64,000 nt of DNA from Polyangiaceae bacterium (lineage in GTDB: Bacteria > Myxococcota_A > Polyangia > Polyangiales > Polyangiaceae): assembly GCA_033763455.1 (NCBI GenBank), contig JANRKO010000006.1, forward strand, positions 512,001-576,000. The letters run 5' to 3'. The position numbers were made by a program, and so were the translations under genes. Of this stretch, positions 19,455 to 29,326 are shown piece after piece (the first letter of the stretch is position 1; every line of letters starts with the position of its first letter). The notes beneath the pieces were generated by a model. It ran no database searches, had not been told where the DNA came from, and worked only from the letters and a program-made list of their open reading frames with translations.

Positions 19455-20093
19455 CTAACGCAATAAGTAGCCCACATCGAGCACGGCTTGTCCGTAGAAT
19501 TGGGGATCGTCTGGGGTGACTGAACAGATGAGGCCAGCTGGTGCTGTGCATGTGCCGCCGCTGGGGATCGATAGCCCAAGCTCCGCACCGACACCCAGCA
19601 TCAACTTGCCGAACATCCAGCGGTAACCTGTGTCCACACCGGGTACATATACAGGTATGTTCAACTCCGATTGCGAGGCGTTAGTGGTAGATATTCGCAA
19701 ATACTCAAACTGGAGGCCCCCGTAGAATCCACCATTGCCTAACGTCGAGGTCGGATACCAACGGAGGCCAACACCGACCCCACCTGAGCCCAAATTCAGA
19801 GATTCACCGGAGGCCGCATTCGGGATGATCTCGTGGCTCAAAATTCCCAACGAGAGTGCGTGGAGCCGCAGCATGCCCGTCACGGAACGGCCTCCCTCGA
19901 CAGAGAGCGTGGGGCCCAACAAACCAAAGCCAGCCACATTGAGCGAGGTCAGGAGATTGATTCCAGTGGGCTCAGCGGGACTCGCTTGCTCAGTAGGGCC
20001 CTCTTCTGGTTCAACGGCTCGCACATGAAGGGATAAAAATGTGAGCGCAGTAAAGCAAAGAACTGGGGTGAGTTTGGGAGGTGCGAGCAGCAT
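19455..20093 (-). CDS. Putative outer-membrane beta-barrel protein
   Basis: Signal peptide, alternating beta pattern (GLRWYP, GYRWMFG), C-terminal LDVGYLL. Confidence 0.65.
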   Translation of the reverse strand: MLLAPPKLTPVLCFTALTFLSLHVRAVEPEEGPTEQASPAEPTGINLLTSLNVAGFGLLGPTLSVEGGRSVTGMLRLHALSLGILSHEIIPNAASGESLNLGSGGVGVGLRWYPTSTLGNGGFYGGLQFEYLRISTTNASQSELNIPVYVPGVDTGYRWMFGKLMLGVGAELGLSIPSGGTCTAPAGLICSVTPDDPQFYGQAVLDVGYLLR

Positions 20094-20150
20094 GGTAGAC
20101 CTTGTAGGTTAGCGTTAGTCTGGCGTCGACAGCTGGGGGGAGTGAGCGAG

Positions 20151-20707
20151 CTAGGGAAGCTGCTTTACTTCGACACCAAAGTTGTCCATGCAGCCCCGCG
20201 AGCCTCGGAGTTCAGCGCACACAGGATCAGATGCGTAGAAAGATCTGACTAGACCAACGGCTGGGTTTCCCGGTCTATACGACTCAAACAACGCTGATCG
20301 TGACATCCCGGAGATGGTAACGGTCCAATCGCCCTTACAGCCCGACGGAAGCATTGCATTCCAGTTCAGTCCGAACGCGATGTTTGGGCCTTGCGGTGCC
20401 GGGTTCGCCAGTTCTTCGGTCAGAACGAGCGAGCCGAATTTTCGTTCGTCCACGAGCGATGCTCGTGCCACGCTACGGCAAGAATCCCCTTCAAGTTGAA
20501 TTGTATCTTCCGGTCGCACTCTGAGCGCGATGCCCAGCTCAACGTCGAATCCCGGACCGCAGGAGGTCCATCCTATTGACCGCGTTAGCGGAAGGGTCTC
20601 CTTGACTGTCACCTCGTAAGTGGTTCCAACGGACACAGGCAGTTGGGGTCGTCACTACAGCCTGAACACGCGAGAATCGCGAACGAGAGGATGGTCGAGC
20701 GCGTCAT
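20151..20707 (-). pseudogene. Frameshifted lipoprotein gene
   Basis: ATG 20707 gives MTRSTILSFAILACSG|CSDDPNCL, out of frame with the 161-aa body SVGTTYEV...; shift near 20635. Confidence 0.65.
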
Positions 20708-21266
20708 CGCGGTATTGGTGGCGGGGTAGTGCACGTCCCAGCAGTGAAACGTGCGGCGGGCGTTGCGGTGAACAGGAAGCTTGGTGTGGCGCCGCCTGAA
20801 AGCAGAACGCGAGCTGAAGCAGGCGATGGTGCTGGGAAACTAGCCGTCGCCCCAGAATACCGGCAGATCCCACCGGTGCTGCCGCACAGGTCAATGCAAA
20901 TCGGTTGGCCCGGGGCACACGTGGTAGAGCGAACTTGTCCTGCCGCCGACACGCTACGAAGCAGCGCGCCTGTAGTAGGTTCGAAAACTTGCACTGAGGC
21001 CGCGCAGCCGTCGAAAGCACGGAGATCTACTACGGCATCCGCCGGGCATGCGGCGCAACCGGTAAGAGTTGTGTTGGGCCGCTGCCCAATTCCGCAGCTT
21101 CGCACTCGACACCACCGGCAACGAACTGCCCTGCGGGGCAGGGTTCGCATGCGCCTGAAGGAAGCAGGCGTTGACCGCGGGGGCAGACAGCGCAAAAGTT
21201 AGCTCCGGGGGACCGCCGCGTTCCCGCGGGGCAAGCGACGCAAGACATACCGGAGGCAAGCTCCAT
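20704..21266 (-). pseudogene. Frameshifted Cys-rich (CxxCPxG repeat) exported protein fragment
   Basis: CVACPAG..CAVCPRG..CEPCPAG..VEC continues in another frame as SCGIG..CAACPAD (shift ~21100); stop overlaps the next ATG (ATGA). Confidence 0.6.
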
Positions 21267-21897
21267 GTCTCGAACGCTTAGACGAACACCTTGGCCGCGT
21301 CAACCCTTGGCATGCCGTTTCAGATTAGCAACGTGACAATGGCGTTTCACGGAAGTGCTCTAACGAAGCACAGCGAAGTACCAGGTCTTTCGGTGTGGCA
21401 CATTTCGCACGCTACATTGAGATTGCGCTCAACGTCACCGGCGACCTCACCTCCGGCGGTGCGGAGTACTTGCTGGCTAGCTCCCTCAGGGCGAGCCGCG
21501 AGCCACCGATGATGTTGATTTCGTGTTCGATGTGTCTGCTCGGCGAATCCACGCGTTCCGTGACGCCTTGGGCAGCGACTTGGAAGTTGGTACGGAATTC
21601 AGGATCGACTGCCAAGATCTGCAAGGGGTTGAGAGCACGTGAATGCTGAGCCGGGTAATCACTCAAGTACCAGGGCCGCTACCCGCAGATCATTGAGGAG
21701 GGCAGGCCATCACGCGGGTTCCGCTTACGTCAGCTAGAAGGTGGCCCAGTTGTGCTTGTAAGGGTTTAGCACGCCGCTGAGGGGCGGCTGTTGCGGCAAT
21801 TCCCGGTTTGTGCGCGTCCTTGGCCCTCGCCAGGTGGCAAGATGACGCGCGCGCCCGATTGGTCAGCTGAGCAATGGATCAGCCATAAAAATGGATG

Positions 21898-21925
21898 TTG
21901 TAAAAATGTCGTGCATAATTACAAT
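21898..21925 (+). promoter_or_regulatory. Sigma70-like promoter overlapping an inverted repeat
   Basis: TTGTAA-N16-TACAAT ending 7 nt before ATG 21933; TTGTAA...TTACAA dyad. Confidence 0.5.
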
Positions 21926-21932
21926 ATGATGA

Positions 21933-23123
21933 ATGCGTAAGCCTCCCTTACTGGAATGGAAGCGTCTTCTAGCGCCTCCCGAGCGTAGCTTCTTTCTGTT
22001 CGGCCCGCGTGGTGTCGGCAAGAGCACGTGGCTTCGAAAGCACTTTGGCTCCGCCGTCACGTTGGATCTGCTCCGTGCTGATCTTTTTTTAGAGCTGACA
22101 CGACACCCGGAAAACCTGGAAGCGTTGCTGGGAAAGCAAGGGAAGAGCTCGTGGGCATGCATCGATGAAGTCCAACGCATACCAGCACTGCTGAACGAAG
22201 TTCATCGGCTCATCGAGGGCGGGCGGTGGCGCTTCGCTCTTTCCGGCTCTTCCGCACGCAAACTCAAACGTGGGGGCGCCAACCTCTTGGGCGGGCGCGC
22301 CCTGACGCTTGAGTTGGCACCCCCCGTGTCGGTCGAGCTCGGATCAGCTTTCGACCTCGAGCGTGTCCTCGAATGGGGAGCGCTGCCCCTCATTGTGCAG
22401 AATCCCGAAGAAGCCTCTCGCCTTCTGCACTCCTACGTTCACACCTACTTGCGCGAGGAGATCCTGGAAGAAGGGCTGGTACGAAAGCTGGAGCCATTTG
22501 CGCGGTTCCTTGAGGTCGCGGGCCAGCTCAACGCCCAATTGCTCAACCTGGGCAACGTGGCGCGCGAAGCGGCCGTTCCGCGCGCCTCGGTGGATGTGTA
22601 TTTTTCGGTCTTGGAAGACACCCTGCTCGGTCGTAGACTCACAGCTTATCGGCCGGGAGCACGCGTTCGAGAAACAAGTCACTCCAAGTTCTATTGGTTC
22701 GATTGTGGCGTGGCGCGAGCTGCGGCGGGGCTCCTTGGCGACCCGATTGACAGTGTGCAGAAGGGATTTGCCCTTGAGACCATTATTCTGCACGAACTTA
22801 CCGTCTACAATCACTCGCACAACAAGAACCGCCCCATACACTTCTGGCGAACAGGTGCCGGTCTAGAGATCGACTTTGTCATCGAAACTGCACGAAAAAC
22901 GTTGAGCCGAAAAGCAGAAGTGATCACGGTAGAAGTGAAACATGGATCCAAATGGGATCGCCGTTGGGAACAAGGTGCAAGGGCTCTGGCAGTGTCGAAC
23001 AGCGTGCGGGTTCGTCGAATGATCGGCGTCTATCGTGGGCGAAGCGCGCTCATCTTTGACGGATTCGAAGTCCTGCCAGTCAACGAATTCCTGAGAGCGC
23101 TCTTTGCGGGCGAGCTCTTTTGA
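21933..23123 (+). CDS. AAA_14 ATPase with DUF4143 (PD-(D/E)xK-like) C-terminus
   Basis: GPRGVGKST, IDEVQ, SGSS, KFYWFDCG, EIDFVIE..VEVK. Confidence 0.9.
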   Translation: MRKPPLLEWKRLLAPPERSFFLFGPRGVGKSTWLRKHFGSAVTLDLLRADLFLELTRHPENLEALLGKQGKSSWACIDEVQRIPALLNEVHRLIEGGRWRFALSGSSARKLKRGGANLLGGRALTLELAPPVSVELGSAFDLERVLEWGALPLIVQNPEEASRLLHSYVHTYLREEILEEGLVRKLEPFARFLEVAGQLNAQLLNLGNVAREAAVPRASVDVYFSVLEDTLLGRRLTAYRPGARVRETSHSKFYWFDCGVARAAAGLLGDPIDSVQKGFALETIILHELTVYNHSHNKNRPIHFWRTGAGLEIDFVIETARKTLSRKAEVITVEVKHGSKWDRRWEQGARALAVSNSVRVRRMIGVYRGRSALIFDGFEVLPVNEFLRALFAGELF

Positions 23124-23256
23124 GGTCAGAGCGTTCTCCGGTAAAGCGGCGTATGCCCAATCCCTCCTAAAAGCCTGAAGTCACCTAGTTAACGGCCGGT
23201 GACACCAGCCGAAGGGCCCCCTTCCCACAGAAGCAAGTCACCCACGCAAAGCCCGC

Positions 23257-24363
23257 TTACCCCTTGCGCGGGTAGACCAGCGGACCACTCACGTAGGCGT
23301 CGTTGCCGCAAAGCTGCCAGTTCGCGGGCTCGATGCGGGGTGCGTCTGAGGGGCTCTCGGGGCCTGCCCAATCGACGGCACCTGGCCGCCCACGTGGGCC
23401 CAGCAATACGGGGGCGATGAACAGGTGCAGCTCATCGGCGAGGCCGCTCGCGATCAAACTGCCGGCAAGCTCAGCCCCGCCTTCGCACAGGACGCTCACC
23501 ACTTCACGAGCTGCAAGTTCTTTCAAAACGGCGCGCATATCGCAGCGCCCTTCAGCTGTGGCAGGAACGTAAATGACATTGACGCCCTTTTCTTCAAGGG
23601 AATCAGCTACGGCCCGGGAGCCCTTGTTCGTCGTAAATACACAGGTGGGGGTGTCGCCAGCCGTATCCACAATGTGGGAATTCATTGGCAACCGCAGATT
23701 ACTGTCGATGATGACGCGAATTGGGTTGCGCCCAGAGACGTCGCGGACTGTAAGCTGCGGGTCATCAGCCAGTACCGTGTTAATGCCAATCATCACGCCG
23801 TCGTGAAAGGCTCGGAGGGCGTGTACGCGCGCGCGCGATTCGGCACAGGTGATCCATTTGGAATCACCTGTGCGCGTGGCCGTTCGGCCGTCGAGCGAGA
23901 TGGCGAGCTTTAGTGCCACAAATGTGGTGCCTTTGGTGATGTACTTTGACCAAGGCAATATCAGCTTCTTAGCCTCGGCCTCGCACACGCCTTCTTTCAC
24001 TTCAACGCCCTGAGCGCGCAGGCGTTCTAATCCGCCACCTTCAACGTGTGGGTTCGGATCGTGGCAGCCCACCACAACGCGAGAGATACCTGCGGCGAGC
24101 AGAGCATCCACGCACTTGGGCGTTTTCCCCTCGTGGTTGCACGGCTCAAGCGTCACGTACATGGTGGCGCCTTTGGCGCGGGCCCCCGCAATTTCTAGTG
24201 CGGCTACTTCGGCGTGTTCGCGACCCGCGTTTTGGTGGAAAGCTTCCGCAATAACCTCGCCGCCCTGACAAATGACCGCACCCACGTGGGGGTTAGGAGA
24301 AGGATCGCCTCTTTTGCCGAGCGCAATCGCGCGCGCCATCATGGTTTCATCGAGGCCGGTCAT
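23257..24363 (-). CDS. ribD: Riboflavin biosynthesis deaminase/reductase
   Basis: PNPHVGA, HAE, LEPCNH..TPKC, SLDG, DDPQLTVR, EGG. Confidence 0.96.
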   Translation of the reverse strand: MTGLDETMMARAIALGKRGDPSPNPHVGAVICQGGEVIAEAFHQNAGREHAEVAALEIAGARAKGATMYVTLEPCNHEGKTPKCVDALLAAGISRVVVGCHDPNPHVEGGGLERLRAQGVEVKEGVCEAEAKKLILPWSKYITKGTTFVALKLAISLDGRTATRTGDSKWITCAESRARVHALRAFHDGVMIGINTVLADDPQLTVRDVSGRNPIRVIIDSNLRLPMNSHIVDTAGDTPTCVFTTNKGSRAVADSLEEKGVNVIYVPATAEGRCDMRAVLKELAAREVVSVLCEGGAELAGSLIASGLADELHLFIAPVLLGPRGRPGAVDWAGPESPSDAPRIEPANWQLCGNDAYVSGPLVYPRKG

Positions 24364-24839
24364 CGTCTCTTTTCCTCGGTACGCAAGTCCGCATGGACCA
24401 GCTTGCCCATCTCAGCCATGAATTCATCGATATCCCGGAACGAACGGTAAACACTCGCGAAGCGGACGTAAGCCACACCATCCAGCGTCTTTAAGCGCGC
24501 CATGACGCGTTCCCCAATCACATCGGAAGAGACTTCTTTGTCGCCGAGCGTTGAGAGCTCGTGCTCAATGGCCTCCGCCTGTTCTTCCAAGGTATCCGCC
24601 GAGACGGGGCGCTTATTGCAAGCAATACGGAGGCTTCGCACCAGCTTGCCGTGGTCGAACGGTTCCCGCTGGCCGTCTTTCTTCATCACGGTGGGCAGCG
24701 CATGCTCTACCCGCTCATAAGTAGTGAAACGGCGCTTGCACCCTTCACATTCGCGCCTGCGCCAGGTCACGGTGCCGCCAGCGACAAGTCGTGAGTCCAC
24801 GACGTGGCAGTCCATATCCCGGCAAAATGGGCACTGCAT
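24360..24839 (-). CDS. nrdR: Transcriptional repressor NrdR
   Basis: MQCPFC...RRRECEGCKRRFTTYE, ATP cone, VAYVRFASVY. Confidence 0.97.
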   Translation of the reverse strand: MQCPFCRDMDCHVVDSRLVAGGTVTWRRRECEGCKRRFTTYERVEHALPTVMKKDGQREPFDHGKLVRSLRIACNKRPVSADTLEEQAEAIEHELSTLGDKEVSSDVIGERVMARLKTLDGVAYVRFASVYRSFRDIDEFMAEMGKLVHADLRTEEKRR

Positions 24840-24857
24840 GACAGGCGCTCGTTTCTC

Positions 24858-26105
24858 TTAGCCCTCGTACTTGGAAAAAATCAGGGTAGCATTGGTCCCA
24901 CCGAAGCCGAACGAATTGCTCATAGCATGGCGGATGCGACGCTCGCGCGCGGTGTTGGCAACGAAATCCAACGGGCACTCGGGATCTTGATTTTCGAGAT
25001 TGATGGTGGGTGCGACGAGGCCCGTTTGCAGTGACTTCAAGCACACCGCTGCTTCGAGGGCCCCGGCGGCCCCCAAGAGGTGCCCCGTCATGGACTTGGT
25101 GGAGCTCACCCAGAGCTTCTTTTCGAGTGCGTGGTTCCCAAACAGCTGGATCATCGCCTTGGCTTCTTCACGATCGCCAGCGGGCGTCGAGGTGCCGTGC
25201 GCGTTCACGTAGTCTACATCCGTGGTGTTGAGCTTCGCATCCTTCAACGCGAAGCTCATGGCGCGCACAGCTCCGCGGCCTTCCGGTGCGGGCTTGGTGA
25301 TATGGTAGGCATCGCTTGAAGCCCCGAAACCGGTGACCTCGCCATAGATGCGAGCTCCACGGCGCAACGCGCGTGTGAGCGACTCCAAAATCAGCGTTCC
25401 TGCACCCTCGCCGCACACGAAGCCGTCGCGATCTTGATCCCAGGGGCGGCTGGCTCGCTCAGGCTCATCATTCCGACGGCTGAGGGCGAACATCGCCGAG
25501 AACCCGGCGATGCCAATCGGCGAGATAGTGGCCTCGGCACCGCCTGCTACCATAACCTCGGCGCGGCCCTCGCGGATCCAACGGGTGGCTTCACCAATTG
25601 CGTGCGCACTCGAAGAACAAGCGCTCACGTGGCAGAAGCTGGGGCCTTGAAACCCGTGCTCGATAGAGACTTGGCCTGCCGCAAGATTCGCGATCAAGCT
25701 CGGAATAAAGTAGGGGCTCACTTTGGTGGGGCCCTTGGTGTTCAAGACGTCTTTGATGGCTTCCAGGCGCTCAATTCCGCCGAGGCCTACGCCGATAAAC
25801 ACGCCAACATCTTCGCGCTCTTCATCCGTCAGGCCGAGATTGGCATCATCCAGAGCCAGCTTTGAGGCCGCCATGGCGAAGGGGATAAAGCGCCCGCACT
25901 CCTTCAGCTTCTTTTTCTCAACGAAATCTTCAGCATTGAAGTTGGTGACCTCCGCCGCGATGCGCGAAGGATAATCCGGCGTCATCTCGAACTGCGTGAT
26001 CGGCCCGACGCCACTTTTGCCTGCGATCAAAGCCTTAAAACTCTCGTCGGTTCCGATCCCCACGGGAGAAATCAGCCCGAGCCCTGTGACGACAACGCGC
26101 TCCAT
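24858..26105 (-). CDS. fabF: 3-oxoacyl-ACP synthase II
   Basis: SACSS, NAHGTST, GHLLGAAG, SNSFGFGG. Confidence 0.96.
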   Translation of the reverse strand: MERVVVTGLGLISPVGIGTDESFKALIAGKSGVGPITQFEMTPDYPSRIAAEVTNFNAEDFVEKKKLKECGRFIPFAMAASKLALDDANLGLTDEEREDVGVFIGVGLGGIERLEAIKDVLNTKGPTKVSPYFIPSLIANLAAGQVSIEHGFQGPSFCHVSACSSSAHAIGEATRWIREGRAEVMVAGGAEATISPIGIAGFSAMFALSRRNDEPERASRPWDQDRDGFVCGEGAGTLILESLTRALRRGARIYGEVTGFGASSDAYHITKPAPEGRGAVRAMSFALKDAKLNTTDVDYVNAHGTSTPAGDREEAKAMIQLFGNHALEKKLWVSSTKSMTGHLLGAAGALEAAVCLKSLQTGLVAPTINLENQDPECPLDFVANTARERRIRHAMSNSFGFGGTNATLIFSKYEG

Positions 26106-26190
26106 TTTTACTCCTTAAGACTGCAACTCATAGCGCGCCAGCCTACCCCAGCGCGCTTGCTAGGATAGACTGGGCACTTTGGATCAACGG

Positions 26191-26430
26191 CTACTGCCGT
26201 GCCTTCTGAATATAGGAAACGGCGTCCTGAACGGTACGGATCTTTTCCGTGTCTTCGTCAGGGATGTCAATTTCAAAGGCCTCTTCAAAAGCGAGAACCA
26301 ACTCAACAAGACCGAGCGAATCTGCGCCGAGGTCGTCAATGAAGGTGGATTCGGGCTTGATGTCTTTCTCGTCTACGTCGAGCTGTTCTTTGATGATTTG
26401 CTTGACCTTGGCGATGATCTCTTCTGCCAT
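26191..26430 (-). CDS. acpP: Acyl carrier protein
   Basis: DDLGADSL attachment motif, 79 aa, GGAGG RBS. Confidence 0.97.
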   Translation of the reverse strand: MAEEIIAKVKQIIKEQLDVDEKDIKPESTFIDDLGADSLGLVELVLAFEEAFEIDIPDEDTEKIRTVQDAVSYIQKARQ

Positions 26431-26483
26431 GGTGCCTCCGAAGGGGGTTGCGCGGGCTCGTTGATTAGGGAAATTCCCGAGGT

Positions 26484-27230
26484 TTACATGTACATTCCAC
26501 CGTTTACGCGCAGGGCGTGCCCGGTGATATAGCCTGCTTCTTCCGAAGCAAGATAAACGATTGCGGCCGCAATTTCGGCCGGAGCGGCCACGCGGCCGAG
26601 AGGGACAGCGCTCAACATGGATGCGCGCTGCTCATCGGTTAAGCTGGCTGTCATGTCGGTTGCTACGAAGCCTGGCGTAACGGCATTGACTGTGATGCCA
26701 CGCGACGCGTACTCGCGGGCGAGGGACTTGGCGACGCCCAAGAGCCCAGCTTTGGAAGCAGCGTAGGCCACCTGGCCCGCATTACCCATTTCGCCGACTA
26801 CGCTGGAGAGTAGGATGACGCGGCCCCAGCGGTTCTTCATCATCGCTTTGATGGCGGCGCGCGAACACAGGACCGAGCCTTGGAGGTTAACGTTCAAGGT
26901 GCGGTCCAGATCTTCTTCTTTGAGCCGAAGGAGCAAGCCGTCAATCGCGATACCTGCACTCGCCACGAGGATATCTAGGCGGCCGAGCCGCTTTGCGGCG
27001 TCAGCAATTGCCGCTTCGGCGGTTGCACCGTCTGAAACGTCTAAGCGGACGGCCTCGGCCGCACCACCCCGGGCCACGATGCCCTCGACCACCTCCACAG
27101 CCGCAGCTTCTTGGGTGGCGTACCCAACCACAACTCGTGCCCCGCGGGCAGCCAGCGCCTCGCACGCAGCCCGACCAATGCCGCGAGAACCTCCCGTGAC
27201 GATTGCTACTTTCCCGCTGAGATCGAACAT
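26484..27230 (-). CDS. fabG: 3-oxoacyl-ACP reductase
   Basis: [20 protein letters not shown]; fab operon context. Confidence 0.95.
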   Translation of the reverse strand: MFDLSGKVAIVTGGSRGIGRAACEALAARGARVVVGYATQEAAAVEVVEGIVARGGAAEAVRLDVSDGATAEAAIADAAKRLGRLDILVASAGIAIDGLLLRLKEEDLDRTLNVNLQGSVLCSRAAIKAMMKNRWGRVILLSSVVGEMGNAGQVAYAASKAGLLGVAKSLAREYASRGITVNAVTPGFVATDMTASLTDEQRASMLSAVPLGRVAAPAEIAAAIVYLASEEAGYITGHALRVNGGMYM

Positions 27231-27376
27231 AGTGTCTTAGAGTTGTTCGGGTGGAAGGCGGGCGTGTTTACCACGGGCGAAGCGCGTGGCTAGTAGGAAA
27301 GCGCCGGGTTTGGAAGATTGCGTCAGCCGCGTGGCGGCCCAATGACGCATTTGGCGCGGCGCGGCAGCGTTACTGA

Positions 27377-28318
27377 TTATGCAATAAATTGCGCAACTTC
27401 CAGCAGGTGGCTTGGTTCGGCAAGGCCTAGCACTCGGAGCTCCTTTTCGATTCGTTTGACGAGGCCAGCCAGCACTTTCCCAGGACCCACTTCAAGTGCT
27501 GCTGTTACGCCGAGCTCGCGTGCCTTGCTGACCGACTGCTGCCAACGGACAGGCGACGAGACCTGGCTAACCAGGAGCTGTGCCACGCGTCCCTGTTCGA
27601 CATTGGGCAGCGCATCCACGTTGGCGATGACTGGAATGCTCGGCGCGCTGATATGGATTGAGCGAAGAGCTTCTTCTACCGCAAGGGCCGCGGGCTGCAT
27701 GAGCGAGCAGTGAAACGGGGCGCTCACCGCTAAGCTGATGGCCTTAAGCTTGAGCTCAGGGGCGAGCTTGGTTGCGCGAGCGACGGCGGAGGCGGTGCCA
27801 GCGATCACGATTTGCCCCGGGGAATTGAAGTTCGCGCACGACAACACTTCGCCCTCGGCACACGTTGCGCAGAGGGCTTCCACTTGTTCAATGTCGCCAC
27901 CAATGATGGCCGCCATGCCGCCTTTACCTGCGGGTACGGCCTCTTGCATCGCGCGCCCACGGAGCTCCACCAATCGCACAGCATCTTCAAGCGTGAGTGC
28001 CCCCGCCGCGACCAAAGCTGAGTATTCGCCGAGCGAATGGCCAAGAACGCAAACGGGAGCAGGGAGCTCTGGGAGCTCTTCGCGCAAAGCGGCGAGCGTG
28101 GCGATACAGGTGGTGACCAGCGCTGGCTGCGTGTTGACGGTGAGCGTTAGCTCCGCAAGGGGGCCGTCAAAACACAGCTTTGAGATCGAGCGACCCAGCG
28201 CCTCATCCGCGCGCTCGAAAACCTCCCGCGCTTTGGAGGAATGCTCCCATAGGAGCTTCCCCATCCCGACAACTTGACTACCTTGGCCGGGAAATAACCA
28301 TGCAACTTTGGCGTTCAT
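27377..28318 (-). CDS. fabD: Malonyl-CoA:ACP transacylase
   Basis: FPGQGSQ, GHSLGEY, VSAPFH, EVGPGKVL. Confidence 0.96.
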   Translation of the reverse strand: MNAKVAWLFPGQGSQVVGMGKLLWEHSSKAREVFERADEALGRSISKLCFDGPLAELTLTVNTQPALVTTCIATLAALREELPELPAPVCVLGHSLGEYSALVAAGALTLEDAVRLVELRGRAMQEAVPAGKGGMAAIIGGDIEQVEALCATCAEGEVLSCANFNSPGQIVIAGTASAVARATKLAPELKLKAISLAVSAPFHCSLMQPAALAVEEALRSIHISAPSIPVIANVDALPNVEQGRVAQLLVSQVSSPVRWQQSVSKARELGVTAALEVGPGKVLAGLVKRIEKELRVLGLAEPSHLLEVAQFIA

Positions 28319-28406
28319 GCCGTGCTTGATGGGTTCAAAGGTCCCCCGGGGCATCATGCCGCAAGCCTCTAGAGCCTGCAGAGTGTCGCGGGGGGCACGT
28401 GGCGTT

Positions 28407-28604
28407 TTACTTGGCTTGCTCGTCAGCGGCTTTGTTCAGCACGCTACGGCCCTTGTAAAAGCCGCAGCTCGAACAGACTCTGTGAGAAATCATCGGAGCA
28501 GAACAGTTGGGACACGGCGTCACATTTGCTGCTGTGACCTTATCGTGATTGGCGCGACGCATTGCGCCTTTACTGCTGCTCTTTCTCCGCTTGGGAACTG
28601 CCAC
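28407..28604 (-). CDS. rpmF: 50S ribosomal protein L32
   Basis: MAVPKRRKS...CPNC...HRVCSSCGFY. Confidence 0.97.
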   Translation of the reverse strand: MAVPKRRKSSSKGAMRRANHDKVTAANVTPCPNCSAPMISHRVCSSCGFYKGRSVLNKAADEQAK

Positions 28605-28608
28605 GGGC

Positions 28609-29229
28609 TCACTCCTTCTTAAAACCGAGCCGCTCCCGGATCGCGGCGAGCGGCATTAATCGAGGATCGAGGGGGCGTTCTTGCTCCCGATCCGTTTGTG
28701 GGGGCCGGGGGATAGCGGGGCCCTCACCCGAACGCAAGTCTTCTCGAAGCGGCACCATGGGCAGGTCGAGCAGAATGAACTCCCGCAGGAATGGGTCGAG
28801 GACTACCGTTTCCCCTGAAAAAGTGTCGGCCCCCGCCTCATTTTCGCCGAGCTCGGGGCTCTCTTCCCAGCCACCCTTTTTCTTCGCGGCCTCCGCATTT
28901 CTCTTTGATCTTGAGGCTTTATGCGAACGCTCGTCGGGACTGTCGTGGCGCTGGAGCGACAGGAAGACAGACGGGGTCAACGTATAGATTGCGGGCTCTA
29001 GCGTTTCAGCGCACGGCAGCTGGACTTGCACTTGGAGCTCGCCCCGCACGAGCACCGCGTCTCCCGTCTTGGTGAGCTCCACTTCTACTGAGCCGACCTT
29101 CTCGGTTGGCTGGGCCTCCGTATCCCGCAGGGCGTGGGCGAGCCACGCTGTCGGAATCGGCCAGGTTAGGTGCTTGGGGCCGCGCTCAAGATCGGCGAGC
29201 TGGACTGCGAATTCGGGACGTTCGGGCAC
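28609..29229 (-). CDS. yceD: YceD/DUF177 family protein
   Basis: Upstream of rpmF; LDPFLREFILLDLPM and DPRL motifs. Confidence 0.85.
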   Translation of the reverse strand: MPERPEFAVQLADLERGPKHLTWPIPTAWLAHALRDTEAQPTEKVGSVEVELTKTGDAVLVRGELQVQVQLPCAETLEPAIYTLTPSVFLSLQRHDSPDERSHKASRSKRNAEAAKKKGGWEESPELGENEAGADTFSGETVVLDPFLREFILLDLPMVPLREDLRSGEGPAIPRPPQTDREQERPLDPRLMPLAAIRERLGFKKE

Positions 29230-29326
29230 GGGCGGAGGCTAGCGCCGTGGGCCAGCGACTGCAAACGAGACCGCGGGTACTGTGGCTCATTGCGGCTAGT
29301 TGGCCCGTCCCGTACCGTCAGCTCGG

